This document shows positions 29,747 through 40,084 of a stretch of 64,000 nt of DNA, piece after piece (position 1 is the stretch's first letter; the number at the start of each line of letters is the position of its first letter). The translations under genes were made by a program, and so were the position numbers. The DNA comes from Candidatus Hydrogenedentota bacterium (GTDB lineage Bacteria > Hydrogenedentota > Hydrogenedentia > Hydrogenedentales > SLHB01): NCBI GenBank assembly GCA_045863295.1, contig BTWA01000013.1, positions 1 through 64,000 of the forward strand, read 5' to 3'. The notes beneath the pieces were generated by a model, which saw only the letters and a program-made list of their open reading frames with translations, was not told where the DNA came from and did not search any database.

Positions 29747-29929
29747 TTATGCGTGATTTATGCGCGAGTGCTGCTCGCCGGTTGGTTCACCGTTACCGGC
29801 CGCCTTCGCAGCTTCGCCTTCGGAGAGAGCGCCTCGGGCCTTCCAGATTTCCCAGAGCATAAATACCGGATTGCGATCGGCGGCTTGGTCCATATCAAGC
29901 CGGCACGCCATGTATTTTCGAGCACTCAT
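29747..29929 (-). CDS. Small hypothetical protein between dnaK and dnaJ
   Basis: 60-aa ORF filling the dnaK-dnaJ gap, AAGGAAG upstream, stop 12 nt before the dnaJ start. Confidence 0.4.
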   Translation of the reverse strand: MSARKYMACRLDMDQAADRNPVFMLWEIWKARGALSEGEAAKAAGNGEPTGEQHSRINHA

Positions 29930-29954
29930 CGTACACAGACTTCCTTTTCAATTA

Positions 29955-29990
29955 CCGCCGGCGTTTGGGATGTGCCCCAAACGCCGGCGG
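29955..29990 (-). terminator. Strong stem-loop downstream of dnaK (partial terminator or mRNA stabiliser)
   Basis: 15-bp inverted repeat CCGCCGGCGTTTGGG/CCCAAACGCCGGCGG; weak U-tail. Confidence 0.6.
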
Positions 29991-29997
29991 GATCGTG

Positions 29998-31923
29998 TTA
30001 TTTCTTTTCGTCGTCCACGACGGTGAAGTCGGCGTCCATCGCGCCTTTGCCAGCGGTTTCCGCGCCAGCATGCGCATGTGCATGACCGTTGCCGTTCGTG
30101 GAGCCGGCGTGCGCATGGGCTTGTGATGCCGCAGCGTACATAGCTTCGGCCAGTTTGTGCGATGCTTTGTTCACCTCCTGCACCGCCGCTTCGATGGCGG
30201 TGGTGTCGTCGCCTTTAAGCGTTTCGCGCAACTTTGCCACAGCGCTTTCGATGGCGGCTTTGTCCTCCGCGCCAATCTTGCCTTCATTTTCTTTTAGCGA
30301 CTTTTCTGTCGCATGGGCCAGCGCCTCGGCGTTGTTCTTCGTTTCCACTGCCTTGCGTCGCGTCTGATCTTCCTGAGCGTGCGCTTCGGCATCCTTTACC
30401 ATCTTTTGGATCTCGCTTTCCGTCAATCCGCTGGAGGATTCGATTCGAATCTTCTGTTCTTTCTGGGTCGCCAAATCCTTTGCGGAGACATGCACGATGC
30501 CGTTCGCGTCGATATCGAACGAGACTTCGATTTGCGGAAGTCCTCGCGGCGCGGCGGGCAATCCATCGAGATTGAACATGCCCAGGGACCGGTTGTCGCG
30601 GGCAAACTCGCGCTCGCCCTGGAGCACATTCACGGTTACGGCGGTTTGGTTGTCCTCGGCCGTGGAGAAGATTTGCGACTTCGACACGGGAATGGTGGTG
30701 TTGCGCTCAATGAGTTTGGTGAACACACCGCCGAGGGTTTCGATGCCCAGGGAGAGCGGGGTCACGTCCAGCAGCAACACGTCTTTCACTTCGCCCGCAA
30801 GCACACCCGCCTGGACCGCCGCGCCAATGGCCACGACTTCGTCCGGGTTGACGCCGCGATGGGGTTCCTTGCCGAACAAGTCCTTCACGAGCTCGCCGAC
30901 CGCGGGCATGCGCGTCATGCCACCTACGAGTATGACTTCGTCGATGTCCTTCGCGGTTAACCCGGCGTCTTCGAGTGCGCGCAGACACGGGGTCTTGCTT
31001 CGCTTGAGCAGGTCTTCGCAGATCTGTTCGAGTTTCGCGCGGGTGAGGGCGTAGTTCAGGTGCTTCGGGCCGGAGGCGTCCGCCGTGATGAAGGGCAGAT
31101 TTACGTCCGTCTTCATGCTCGACGACAGTTCAATCTTTGCTTTTTCCGCCGCTTCTTTCAGGCGCTGCAACGCCATCGGATCCTTGCGCAGATCGATTCC
31201 CTGATCTTTTTTGAACTCGTCGGCCAGCCAATCGATTATCTTCTGGTCGAAGTCATCGCCGCCGAGGTGCGTGTCGCCGTTTGTGCTCAGCACTTCGAAA
31301 CTGTCGTCGCCGATGGCGAGGATTGAGATATCGAACGTGCCGCCGCCCAGGTCGTATACGGCGACTTTTTCGTCCTTTTTCTTGTCGAGCCCATAGGCCA
31401 GTGCGGCCGCGGTGGGTTCGTTGATGATTCGCAAGACTTCTAGACCCGCAATGCGGCCAGCGTCTTTGGTGGCCTGGCGTTGGGCGTCGTTGAAGTACGC
31501 CGGCACCGTGATGACTGCTTTGTCGACTTTTTCGCCGAGATAGGTCTCGGCCGTTTCCTTCATCTTCTGCAGGATGATGGCGGAGATCTCCGGCGGCCGG
31601 TAGCCCTTTCCGTTGACATCGACATGGCAGTCGCCGGTTGTCGAGCCCGCGACTTTGTAGGGCACCAGTTTGAGTTCGCTGCCGACTTCGTCGAAGCGGC
31701 GGCCCATGAAGCGTTTGATTGAAAAGATGGTGTTCTGCGGATTCGTTACCGCCTGGCGTTTGGCCGAAGCGCCGACGAGGCGTTCACCGTCTTTTGTAAA
31801 GGCGACCACGGAGGGCGTGGTACGCGCGCCTTCCGAGTTCGCGATGACGACTGGCTCGCCGCCTTCCATCACGGCGACGCACGAGTTCGTGGTGCCCAGG
31901 TCGATTCCAATGACCTTACCCAT
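29998..31923 (-). CDS. dnaK: Chaperone DnaK (Hsp70)
   Basis: [42 protein letters not shown]-terminal [16 protein letters not shown]. Confidence 0.98.
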   Translation of the reverse strand: MGKVIGIDLGTTNSCVAVMEGGEPVVIANSEGARTTPSVVAFTKDGERLVGASAKRQAVTNPQNTIFSIKRFMGRRFDEVGSELKLVPYKVAGSTTGDCHVDVNGKGYRPPEISAIILQKMKETAETYLGEKVDKAVITVPAYFNDAQRQATKDAGRIAGLEVLRIINEPTAAALAYGLDKKKDEKVAVYDLGGGTFDISILAIGDDSFEVLSTNGDTHLGGDDFDQKIIDWLADEFKKDQGIDLRKDPMALQRLKEAAEKAKIELSSSMKTDVNLPFITADASGPKHLNYALTRAKLEQICEDLLKRSKTPCLRALEDAGLTAKDIDEVILVGGMTRMPAVGELVKDLFGKEPHRGVNPDEVVAIGAAVQAGVLAGEVKDVLLLDVTPLSLGIETLGGVFTKLIERNTTIPVSKSQIFSTAEDNQTAVTVNVLQGEREFARDNRSLGMFNLDGLPAAPRGLPQIEVSFDIDANGIVHVSAKDLATQKEQKIRIESSSGLTESEIQKMVKDAEAHAQEDQTRRKAVETKNNAEALAHATEKSLKENEGKIGAEDKAAIESAVAKLRETLKGDDTTAIEAAVQEVNKASHKLAEAMYAAASQAHAHAGSTNGNGHAHAHAGAETAGKGAMDADFTVVDDEKK

Positions 31924-32009
31924 ATGTACAACCTCCTTCAGGTGACTTATTAAGTTGTGACCCATTCCCCTGCCGGGTGGGCAGAGGTCGGGCACTTGGT
32001 AACGAGAGG

Positions 32010-32025
32010 AGCAACCCGTGTGCCA
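32010..32025 (-). promoter_or_regulatory. Sigma54 (-24/-12) promoter of dnaK
   Basis: Minus strand reads TGGCAC-ACGGG-TTGCT, matching the TGGCAC-N5-TTGCW consensus, about 90 nt upstream of the dnaK ATG. Confidence 0.7.
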
Positions 32026-32074
32026 TTCAGTCTTGTTGATGTCGCTGGTTGACCAGGCTGGTCAATTGATTGCG

Positions 32075-32087
32075 TATCAACGAGTTG
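32075..32087. promoter_or_regulatory. IHF-binding site
   Basis: TATCAACGAGTTG matches WATCAAN4TTR, about 50 bp upstream of the sigma54 -24 element. Confidence 0.55.
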
Positions 32088-32279
32088 GGCGATCGTCCAC
32101 AAAGCAGATGAAGAGTTGTAAGGCCGGTATATGTTGCAATTTGAAACGAACTGGCGGCGCCAGGAGTTTTAATTTGGAATCAGGCGACGCATACTAAGCA
32201 GGTACAGCCAAGCCTGCGCTACGCGACGGTGTCGCGCGTTCGAACGAAGTGGCGAGCACACGAAGAATCCATACAGGAA

Positions 32280-32435
32280 TCAACGTTCATCCAGTTCCAG
32301 GATATCCTGGTGTTGCGAGGGTGTGACTGGATGATTTCGGACGTATTCCCTGATCATTTCGACGACTTGCTGTTGAAGCGACTCCGGCAACGGTTCCACG
32401 ATACGAATCATTGCGTCGATAGCGGGTGTGTGCAT
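32280..32435 (-). CDS. Small hypothetical protein (51 aa)
   Basis: AGGAGG RBS before ATG 32435; MHTPAIDAMIRIVEPLPESLQQQVVEMIREY reads as an amphipathic helical peptide. Confidence 0.55.
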   Translation of the reverse strand: MHTPAIDAMIRIVEPLPESLQQQVVEMIREYVRNHPVTPSQHQDILELDER

Positions 32436-32467
32436 GCTGTCCCTCCTGTCTCGCGCGTCGTGCGGTG

Positions 32468-32884
32468 TTACCGGGCGATTTTCCTTGTGTATTGAACCGA
32501 CGCGGCGATCAGCTTCTTCAGTACCGCCGTATCGATGCTGTCCAGACTCTTGAGATACAGACAGCATTTTCCGGTCTTGTGCTTGCCCAGTTTGGCGAGC
32601 AAATCGGCGACTGGGTCGAAGCCGGCCATGAGATAAATCGTGAGATCGCGTTTTCGGGATGAGAAGCCCACCCGAAACCAGTCGCCTTCGCGGCCGCTTT
32701 CATATTTGTAGTGGTAGGTGCCAAAGCCGACGATTGAGGGTCCCCACATTTTTGGGGTCGATTGGGTGGCTTGCCGCATCCATTCGATTAGCGTTTTGCA
32801 GTCGTTGCGGCGCGACTCGTCCTCAATGCCGTTGATGTAGACCTCCACGGATACGCCGGTTGGTTTAGTCTTGGTTTCTCCCAT
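32468..32884 (-). CDS. DUF1801 domain protein
   Basis: KMWGPSIVGFGTYHYKYESGREGDW, GFSSRK, GKHKTGKCCLY. Confidence 0.85.
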   Translation of the reverse strand: MGETKTKPTGVSVEVYINGIEDESRRNDCKTLIEWMRQATQSTPKMWGPSIVGFGTYHYKYESGREGDWFRVGFSSRKRDLTIYLMAGFDPVADLLAKLGKHKTGKCCLYLKSLDSIDTAVLKKLIAASVQYTRKIAR

Positions 32885-32926
32885 GGCTGGCGCCTCCTGA
32901 CCAGAAACAAGATTGACGAAGTAAGG

Positions 32927-34099
32927 CTACGCTTGTGACAGTGCTTGATCCAGATCGGCGATCAAATCCTGCACGTCTTCCAATCCCACGGACAAGCGAA
33001 TCAAATCGTCGGTGATGCCGACTCTGTTGCGCACATCTTCGGGCATGGACAAATGCGTCATGGTAGCGGCGTGATCGATGAGGGACTCGACACCGCCGAG
33101 GGATTCGGCGAGCGTAAAGATTTTCAGGCCTCGGAGGAAGGTAAAGATCTCCTCACGGCTTCCCTTGACCCGGAACGAGAATGTGCCGCCAAAGCCGGTC
33201 ATTTGTTTTTGTCCGAGATCGTATTGCGGATGACTCTTCAATCCGGGGTGCATGACTTGCGATACCTTGGGGTGGTCTTCCAACCACTGCGCGATGGTCA
33301 ACGCGTTTTCGTTGTGGGCATCCATGCGAATGGCAAGGGTTTTCAGTCCGCGTAACACCAGGAAGCACTCAAACGGTCCCTGAGCCGTACCGATGGCGTT
33401 TTGAAGGTAGCCGATCTTTTCCGCAAGTTGCGGGTGCTTCGTGATGAGCGCTCCGCCTACGACGTCGGAGTGGCCGTTGATGTATTTCGTTGTGGAATGC
33501 AGCGACACGTCAATGCCGAGATCGAGCGGACGTTGAAAATACGGTGTGAGAAACGTGTTGTCGCAGATCGTGTAGACGCCCGCGTTTTTGGCGATCTCCG
33601 CGACGGCGGCCAAATCGATCAGGTTCATAAGCGGATTCGTGGGGGTTTCTATCCAGATGCAGCGTGTTTCCTTTTTTAATGCGTTCTTCAGCGCGTCGAG
33701 GTCGCGCAAATTGACGAACGAAATCTCCACGCCCTTGGTGGCGATTACGTTTACCAGCAGGCGATAGGTGCCGCCGTAGAGATCGTCGTGGATGATGAGG
33801 TGGTCGCCGGGTCCGAACATGGCCAGGAACGTGGCCTCGGCGGACATGCCCGTGCCGGTCACAAATCCGCGCGTGCCGCCTTCGAGCGCCGCGAGGCAGT
33901 CTTCCAAGGCTTTGCGGGTGGGGTTGCCGCTTCGGGTGTAGTCGAATTCGCCGGGTTTCAGGACGTCTTCAAAGGCGAACGTGGAGGTCTGGTAGATGGG
34001 CATCATCACGGCGCCGTGCAGCGGATCGGGACCGTGCCCCGCGTGAATCATCTGTGTTCTGAACCGGTATGGTTTGTCTTTGCTGCCGCCGTGCGCCAT
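32927..34099 (-). CDS. Cystathionine gamma-lyase/synthase family PLP enzyme (Cys/Met metabolism)
   Basis: PIYQTSTF, YTRSGNPT, ETPTNP, DNTF, HSTTKYINGHSD (PLP lysine), AESLGGVESL. Confidence 0.92.
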   Translation of the reverse strand: MAHGGSKDKPYRFRTQMIHAGHGPDPLHGAVMMPIYQTSTFAFEDVLKPGEFDYTRSGNPTRKALEDCLAALEGGTRGFVTGTGMSAEATFLAMFGPGDHLIIHDDLYGGTYRLLVNVIATKGVEISFVNLRDLDALKNALKKETRCIWIETPTNPLMNLIDLAAVAEIAKNAGVYTICDNTFLTPYFQRPLDLGIDVSLHSTTKYINGHSDVVGGALITKHPQLAEKIGYLQNAIGTAQGPFECFLVLRGLKTLAIRMDAHNENALTIAQWLEDHPKVSQVMHPGLKSHPQYDLGQKQMTGFGGTFSFRVKGSREEIFTFLRGLKIFTLAESLGGVESLIDHAATMTHLSMPEDVRNRVGITDDLIRLSVGLEDVQDLIADLDQALSQA

Positions 34100-34221
34100 G
34101 AAACAACTCTCCTGAATGTACTTGGTTGGGAATTAGTAGGCCGCCATCGTTTCCGGGGAGCATGCGCACCCGGCACCATGAGCCGAAGTATACCTAATGA
34201 CAATGCATGCTCGAGCCGTAT

Positions 34222-35373
34222 TTACACCCGTTCAATGATGGTTGCGGTGGCCATGCCGTGGCCGATGCACATGGTTTGCAGGCCGTAGCGTTTGCCCGTT
34301 CGCTGCAATTCGTGCACGAGCTTGGTCATAAGAATGGCGCCGGTCGCTCCCAATGGATGCCCCATGGCAATCGCGCCGCCGTTCGGGTTGACCCTGTTTA
34401 CGTCGGCGCCCAGTTCCTTCACCCACGCCAATACGACGGAGGCAAAGGCTTCATTGATTTCGACGACATCCATTTGATCGAGGGTCAACCCTGCTTTTTC
34501 GAGCACTTTTTTTGTAGCGGGAATGGGGCCCGTCAACGTCAAATCCGGGTCGCTGCCGACGACGGATCTCGCGACGATTCGGGCCTTCTTTTTCAATCCG
34601 AGCCGGTTCACGGCTTCGCCCGAGGCAACAAGCACCGCGCCCGCGCCGTCCGAAATCTGGCTTGCATTGGCGGCGGTCACCACGCCATTTTCCTTGAAAA
34701 TCGTCCGAAGCGTTTTCATCTTCTCGACGTCAGGGTTTGCGCGGAATCCTTCGTCCTTTGTCACCATCGTGGTTTCGCCGTTGCGCTTGACGGGCACGGC
34801 AAACACTTGGCTGTCATACCATCCCTGAGCCCAGGCGTGGCCTGCGCGCCGGTGGGAATTGGCGGAGAATTCGTCGAGTTCTTCCCGGTTCAGGCCCCAC
34901 TTTTCGGCCACCTTCTCCGCGCACACGCCCATGGGTTGCAGCGGGTAGGGAAACGTGGCCAGAAAATCCTCGTCTAACACTCCCCAGTCGCTGCCCATGG
35001 GAACCACGCCCATCATTTCGATACCGGAGCCGATGGCGATTTCCATGTCGCCGGCGGCGATGGCCTGGCTGACGAAATGGACGGCTTGCTGGCTGGAGCC
35101 GCACATGCGATTGATTTGCACGGCCGGCACTTCAACGGGAAATCCGGCTTTGAGGGTGGCCAAGCGGGCAATGTTTGCTCCTTGCTTGCCGATGGGGGAG
35201 ACGCAACCGGCGACGACATCCTCCACCTGGGCGGGCTGTATTCCCGCGCGTTTGACACACTCGGTCAGGGTCATAGCCAGCAGGTCCACGGGGTGGACCG
35301 GGTTCAGTCCGCCGTCTTCTTTTCCCCGTCCGATGGGGGTTCGCACGGCTTCGACGATATAGGTGTCACGCAT
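34222..35373 (-). CDS. Acetyl-CoA C-acyltransferase (thiolase)
   Basis: INRMCGSS (catalytic Cys), NEAFA, NGGAIAMGHPLGATG, TMCIGHG. Confidence 0.95.
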   Translation of the reverse strand: MRDTYIVEAVRTPIGRGKEDGGLNPVHPVDLLAMTLTECVKRAGIQPAQVEDVVAGCVSPIGKQGANIARLATLKAGFPVEVPAVQINRMCGSSQQAVHFVSQAIAAGDMEIAIGSGIEMMGVVPMGSDWGVLDEDFLATFPYPLQPMGVCAEKVAEKWGLNREELDEFSANSHRRAGHAWAQGWYDSQVFAVPVKRNGETTMVTKDEGFRANPDVEKMKTLRTIFKENGVVTAANASQISDGAGAVLVASGEAVNRLGLKKKARIVARSVVGSDPDLTLTGPIPATKKVLEKAGLTLDQMDVVEINEAFASVVLAWVKELGADVNRVNPNGGAIAMGHPLGATGAILMTKLVHELQRTGKRYGLQTMCIGHGMATATIIERV

Positions 35374-35695
35374 TGCCCGGCTCCTTGTGGAAAACTGTAC
35401 CTACTGGTCGTTTGAATGGCCCGATGAAAAGCCCGAATTGCGGGGTATACTACCAATTTGCACTCGGATTTCGCCAGAGCCCAACCCCAAATCGGGCCTT
35501 CTCGCGGAGAGCCTTTGTAAGTAGTTGCAATAAAAGGCTTTTTGAAGACGAACCCTTGCCCTTGTTTGATTAGATGTTCGACGCAGGTTCCCGATACGTC
35601 CTCGTTCAGATCGGATTTTATTGACTTTTTCACGGAAATCATGACAGACTACGTAGATTTTGTCTTGGTCCTATTTGTATTAAAGGAACATCGCA

Positions 35696-36112
35696 ATGAA
35701 CATCTACCGGATGTTGGAACACCTTGGTTGGGCTATTGTCGACAAGGATTTCAAAGACGCAAACCGTTATCTGGCTCCCTGGGTGCTTGATGATATCGGT
35801 CCGAACGGGTTGAGGGAGGCCATTGACGAGCATATTCGCACCGTAGCCGACGAGTTGGGGCTTGAATCCTCCGGATATCCTTCGGAGGTTGAAGTGGACA
35901 GCGACGCGTCCAGTCTGAGCGACTTGTCCGACACGGGACGCCGGTCGATTTACCCCGAAGTTACGGATAAGAACTTCCGGGAGTGGTGCTGCATTCTGTT
36001 TCTGGGTGATGGGGACAAGGATGTGGATGCCTGGCTGGATATGTGGGTTGCCGTGGTGGAAATCAAGGGCGAACTCAAGATCGGCTACTTCGAACTCGCC
36101 TATCCCGATTGA
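35696..36112 (+). CDS. Acidic hypothetical protein
   Basis: AAAGGA RBS and a 138-aa ORF with plausible codon usage; no recognisable motif. Confidence 0.65.
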   Translation: MNIYRMLEHLGWAIVDKDFKDANRYLAPWVLDDIGPNGLREAIDEHIRTVADELGLESSGYPSEVEVDSDASSLSDLSDTGRRSIYPEVTDKNFREWCCILFLGDGDKDVDAWLDMWVAVVEIKGELKIGYFELAYPD

Positions 36113-36147
36113 GCGCCGGGTCTCTTACCAAGCCGGAGGCACGACAG

Positions 36148-36864
36148 GTGGAAGAAGTGCCGTTGGGCCGATCTGTGTATGGGTCCTTTGCGGCAGCGTA
36201 CGCGGCCCGAGTCGATACCAAACCGCACAATGCGTACTACGACCGCCCCGCTGTGCTGTCCCTGCTGGGCGAGGTCGCGGGGCAATCCGTGCTGGACTGC
36301 GGTTGCGGCCCGGGTGTGTATGCGGAGGAATTGCTGCGCCGGGGCGCCGCTGTAACCGCCGTGGACGTGACCCCGGAGATGGTTGTCCTGGCCCGCCGCC
36401 GCCTGGGCGACGGGGCACGGGTGATCGAGGCCGATATTTCGGCCCCGATGCCTATTTTACGGGACGGCGAATTTGACGCGGTTGTGTGTCCGCTGGTGTT
36501 CGACTACATTGCTGATTTGCGGCCGGTTTTTCTTGAGCTTTACCGGGTTTTGAAGGCGGACGGCCGGATCGTTTTCTCGATGTCGGATCCGTACAACAAT
36601 TATCGCTATTACAAACTCGATTCCTATTTTGAAACGGTCGTGAAGGGGTGTTACTGGAAGGGATTCGGCGATCCCGTGTATGTGCCGTGCGTTTGCCGGC
36701 CGTTGTCGGAAATATTGAATCCTTTGTCGGAAGCGGGGTTTGTATTGGATCGCATTCATGAGCCGAGGCCGACGGAGGAGTTCCAACGGGCCAATCCTGG
36801 GGAGTACGATCAGCTTACGCGCTATCCGGTGTTCTTATGCGTTCGCGCGCGAAAACCTTTGTGA
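36148..36864 (+). CDS. Class I SAM-dependent methyltransferase
   Basis: VLDCGCGPG motif I, AVDVTPEM, FDAVVC, RVLKADG; GGAGG RBS before GTG 36148. Confidence 0.88.
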   Translation: MEEVPLGRSVYGSFAAAYAARVDTKPHNAYYDRPAVLSLLGEVAGQSVLDCGCGPGVYAEELLRRGAAVTAVDVTPEMVVLARRRLGDGARVIEADISAPMPILRDGEFDAVVCPLVFDYIADLRPVFLELYRVLKADGRIVFSMSDPYNNYRYYKLDSYFETVVKGCYWKGFGDPVYVPCVCRPLSEILNPLSEAGFVLDRIHEPRPTEEFQRANPGEYDQLTRYPVFLCVRARKPL

Positions 36865-36869
36865 TTTCG

Positions 36870-38720
36870 TCACCAGTTGAACCCAAGCAAATTCCAATAG
36901 TAGGCAAATGGATAGATGCTGATTGCGGCGGCGACCAACAGGGTATAGTGCATCCTTCCTTTCCACGTCCAATAGCGGTTCCACCATGCCGCCAGCGCGT
37001 AGCCCAATGCAAACACTGTCAACACCGCCGTAAAGAATGGAAGATACAGCAACGGAATCAGCGTTTCCGGCATGCCGTACATGAATTCGATTTCGTCGAT
37101 TAGGAAAAGCCCGGCGCCAAGGCCCAACAACAGAACCAGATTGCAGGCGGCCAGCACCCAACCCACGCAGGATGCCGAAGGCGCCTCGTGATTCAGGCGG
37201 CCTTCACGTTTCCAGATGCCCTTTATACCGATAAGCGGCCAGAGCAGCACGACCGATGCAAAGATAATGAGAATGGCAAGCAAATAACCGGCCTGTACCC
37301 TGGCGGTCTCATACCAAAAGAGTTTTTCATACGAGTTTTGGTTCATGTACAGCATGTCACGTCCATTCGCCGAGTCCGCGGCAAAGAGCACATAGAGATC
37401 GCGCGATTCGTCTGCGTAGAACTGGCCGCCTCGCGGTGACACCCGGGCCGGATCGTCGGATTGCAGCGTAATGGAGCCGTCCTCGTTGGCACTGACTTGG
37501 AGTTGCGAGGTGAGGGTATTCAGCTTCTCCAGCGTACGCGAAGCGTATCGCGTGAAGCGGTAAGTTCCGGCAGCCGCTTGTGCGGCGGCACGATCTCCGG
37601 AGGATGGGGGCGGTTCGGATGCGTTGGCGGGAAAATACCTGATCATTAATTGATCGGCCAGGGCGGTTCGAGTCAAGCTGGACGGGTTTGTGCTTGATAC
37701 AAAGAAACCAAAATTATAATCGGGGAAGAGAATCAGCGACGAAGCGAATCCCGGCAGGTCACCGCGGTGTTCGATGGTGCGCACTCCGTTGCGCCGCCGT
37801 TCAAAGAAAGGAAAACAGATTCCGTTAAGCCGGGGATCGTGCGAGAACTGGCGCGCATGCATCATTCTCACAGTATCTTCACCCAGGATGCGGGCACCGT
37901 TGTATTGGCCGAGTTGCAGGTGGGCGATCATGAACCGTGCGATGTCTTCGCCGGTGGATACGGCGGCGCCCGCGGGAAAGTCCTGCAAATAGTAGTCCGG
38001 CGTGGGCGATGCATCCCCATGTAGAAAAGATTTTGCCAAATAGGGCATTTCCGAATCAGGCAAATCGAAATAAGTGTTGTTCATGCCCAGTGGTTCGAAG
38101 ATATGGGCCGCGGCATAGTCGGCGAACGGCATGTCCGCGACGCATTCAACCGTGTATCCCACAAGGGCAAACCCCGTGTTCGAATAGGCAATCAGTTCAC
38201 CCGGGGGCCGGCAACGGCCCGGCATATGTCCGGCCAGATAGCTGCCCAGGGGTTTTGCTTCGTTGCGCACGCGCACGCAGGTGCCGATGGCGCGCTCGTC
38301 GAAGCCGGCGGTATGCGTGAGCAGATGGGTAAGTGTGATGGGTTGTGGGAACGTGCCGGGTATGTGAACATCGCTCAGGTAGATGTTCACGTCCGTGTTC
38401 AAATCCAGTTTGCCTTGTTCATAGAGTTGCATTACGGCTGTCGCGGTAAACAGTTTGGATAGCGAGGCAATCCGAAACAGCGTGCGCGAAGGATCGACCG
38501 GGGCTTTCGTTTCCGGATCCTGATAACCGTAGCCTTTGGCCAGCAAGATTTGGCCATCCTTGACGGCGACGAATACGGTTCCCGTAGCCGACGACAATTT
38601 GGAAGTAACTCCGATGACGCCATCGACAAATGCTTCCAGATCCTTTGGATCGGAAGGTGGCTGTTGGGCGAACGCGGGACCCACAACGGCCATGATTGCG
38701 ACGGCGATCCGTGGAAGCAT
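36870..38720 (-). CDS. Serine hydrolase, beta-lactamase class C / AmpC-like family, with C-terminal TM helices
   Basis: Signal peptide; FRIASLSK (SxxK), LLTHTAG, YSN, HRGDLPGF; three C-terminal TM helices. Confidence 0.88.
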   Translation of the reverse strand: MLPRIAVAIMAVVGPAFAQQPPSDPKDLEAFVDGVIGVTSKLSSATGTVFVAVKDGQILLAKGYGYQDPETKAPVDPSRTLFRIASLSKLFTATAVMQLYEQGKLDLNTDVNIYLSDVHIPGTFPQPITLTHLLTHTAGFDERAIGTCVRVRNEAKPLGSYLAGHMPGRCRPPGELIAYSNTGFALVGYTVECVADMPFADYAAAHIFEPLGMNNTYFDLPDSEMPYLAKSFLHGDASPTPDYYLQDFPAGAAVSTGEDIARFMIAHLQLGQYNGARILGEDTVRMMHARQFSHDPRLNGICFPFFERRRNGVRTIEHRGDLPGFASSLILFPDYNFGFFVSSTNPSSLTRTALADQLMIRYFPANASEPPPSSGDRAAAQAAAGTYRFTRYASRTLEKLNTLTSQLQVSANEDGSITLQSDDPARVSPRGGQFYADESRDLYVLFAADSANGRDMLYMNQNSYEKLFWYETARVQAGYLLAILIIFASVVLLWPLIGIKGIWKREGRLNHEAPSASCVGWVLAACNLVLLLGLGAGLFLIDEIEFMYGMPETLIPLLYLPFFTAVLTVFALGYALAAWWNRYWTWKGRMHYTLLVAAAISIYPFAYYWNLLGFNW

Positions 38721-38883
38721 CAAGCATCCCTTCCATTTGGTCACGCTGTTGTCCCCGTTCATGTGTGATTCGGCGCGGGAGCCCGGCCGTTCGACTATGC
38801 GCGCGTTTTCACTACAATACGTAAACGTGTATTTCGATACCACCAGCATGTGGTCCGGGGTGTGACAAAGAAGGAGTTGTTTC

Positions 38884-39879
38884 GTGGCCAGGATTTGGAG
38901 AGCCGGCGTATTGTGCTGCCTTGCCGTATTTGGGTGCGCGAAGGAAGTCGCGCGCACGGCCGTGGACGTGGCCTCGGTACCCGGGGTTCCCCCAGTAGCG
39001 ATCTCGTTCGATTCCGTGGAAGCCATTCGGGGCGCGGTGGAGAGTGGCGCGATTCAACGTGTGCCTGAACCTGGGCCGGTTCCGGAATCGGTCGTTAGTA
39101 CACTGGGAATTCCGTATGTAACGCGGGGGGCGGACGCGCTTGTGTTGGATTTGTATGCGCCGCAGTCGCGTACTACTTCCGCGCCCGGGCTTGTATTTAT
39201 TCACGGAGGGGGTTGGCGTGGCGGTAGCCGGTCGTTTTATGCCGCTTGGTGTGCGCACTTCGCTGCCAAGGGGTATGTGTGTGCAACCATCCAGTACCGG
39301 TTTTCCGACAAGGTTACGTTTCCCGGCGCGGTAGAAGATGCCATGGACGCGGTTCGTTGGATGCACGAGCAGGCCGACACCATCGGGGTGGACCGAGAAG
39401 CCATTGGTGTAGTCGGGCAGTCCGCGGGGGCGCACCTTGCGTTGATGGCTGCTTATGCCCCCGGGGTTCTGTCCGACATGGGCGAGGATTCGGCGGCGAT
39501 GCCCGGGATTAAGGCCGTAGCCGCGTTTTATCCCCCTACCGATTTCACGGTGGAAGGTGTGCGAAAGCTGGATCCGGTCCAGCAGTTTTTGGGGACACGG
39601 TATGCGACGCACCCTGAATTGTACTCGTTGGCATCTCCCTTGTCGCATGTCTCGGGGGAGAATCCTCCAACACTTTTGGTACACGGCACCGTGGATGAAA
39701 TCGTGCCGGTTGATCAATCCGACCGGCTTTTTGACGCATTGCGATTGGCAGATGTGCCTTGCTGGTATGACCGGATTGAAGGTTGGCATCACGCGATGGA
39801 CTTGTACGTGCAGGCACACGATCATTGCCTGGGCGTATTGGAACGATTCCTGGAGACTTTTCTGCCGGTGACGAAGTAA
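38884..39879 (+). CDS. Alpha/beta hydrolase (BD-FAE/HSL-like), probable lipoprotein
   Basis: Lipobox-like VFGC; IHGGGW, GQSAG, HGTVDEIV, GWHH. Confidence 0.87.
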   Translation: MARIWRAGVLCCLAVFGCAKEVARTAVDVASVPGVPPVAISFDSVEAIRGAVESGAIQRVPEPGPVPESVVSTLGIPYVTRGADALVLDLYAPQSRTTSAPGLVFIHGGGWRGGSRSFYAAWCAHFAAKGYVCATIQYRFSDKVTFPGAVEDAMDAVRWMHEQADTIGVDREAIGVVGQSAGAHLALMAAYAPGVLSDMGEDSAAMPGIKAVAAFYPPTDFTVEGVRKLDPVQQFLGTRYATHPELYSLASPLSHVSGENPPTLLVHGTVDEIVPVDQSDRLFDALRLADVPCWYDRIEGWHHAMDLYVQAHDHCLGVLERFLETFLPVTK

Positions 39880-39883
39880 TGGC

Positions 39884-40084
39884 TAGCCAGGATATTTCAC
39901 GACTTTGTCCGACTAACGGTGTAACAACTATGCTACCGGGCCATTGACCCTTCCGATGCAAGTATAGCGTGCTCGTGAAGTATCCTCAGCGTCTCAAGCC
40001 CAAACTATTCTGTGTAGGCATATTGCACCACCGAGACTGTACTTCAGTCTTCCACGCACGTTTTTAGCGTGGTGCTGCGGGCTA
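39884..40084 (-). mobile_element. MITE-like dispersed repeat, copy 2 (complete, CTAG/TA at both ends)
   Basis: Flanked by CTAG at 39883-39886 and 40082-40085; ends TAGCCAGGATATTTCACG and TGCGGGCTA; core 109/130 identical to copy 3 by hand count. Confidence 0.8.

Noticed and set aside
31924..32200. CIRCE or HAIR heat-shock operators upstream of dnaK
   Set aside because: Neither TTAGCACTC-N9-GAGTGCTAA nor CTTGAGT-N7-ACTCAAG was found by eye.
34100..34221. SAM riboswitch or T-box upstream of the transsulfuration gene
   Set aside because: The leader is short and lacks SAM-I or T-box consensus elements; only a small hairpin is present.
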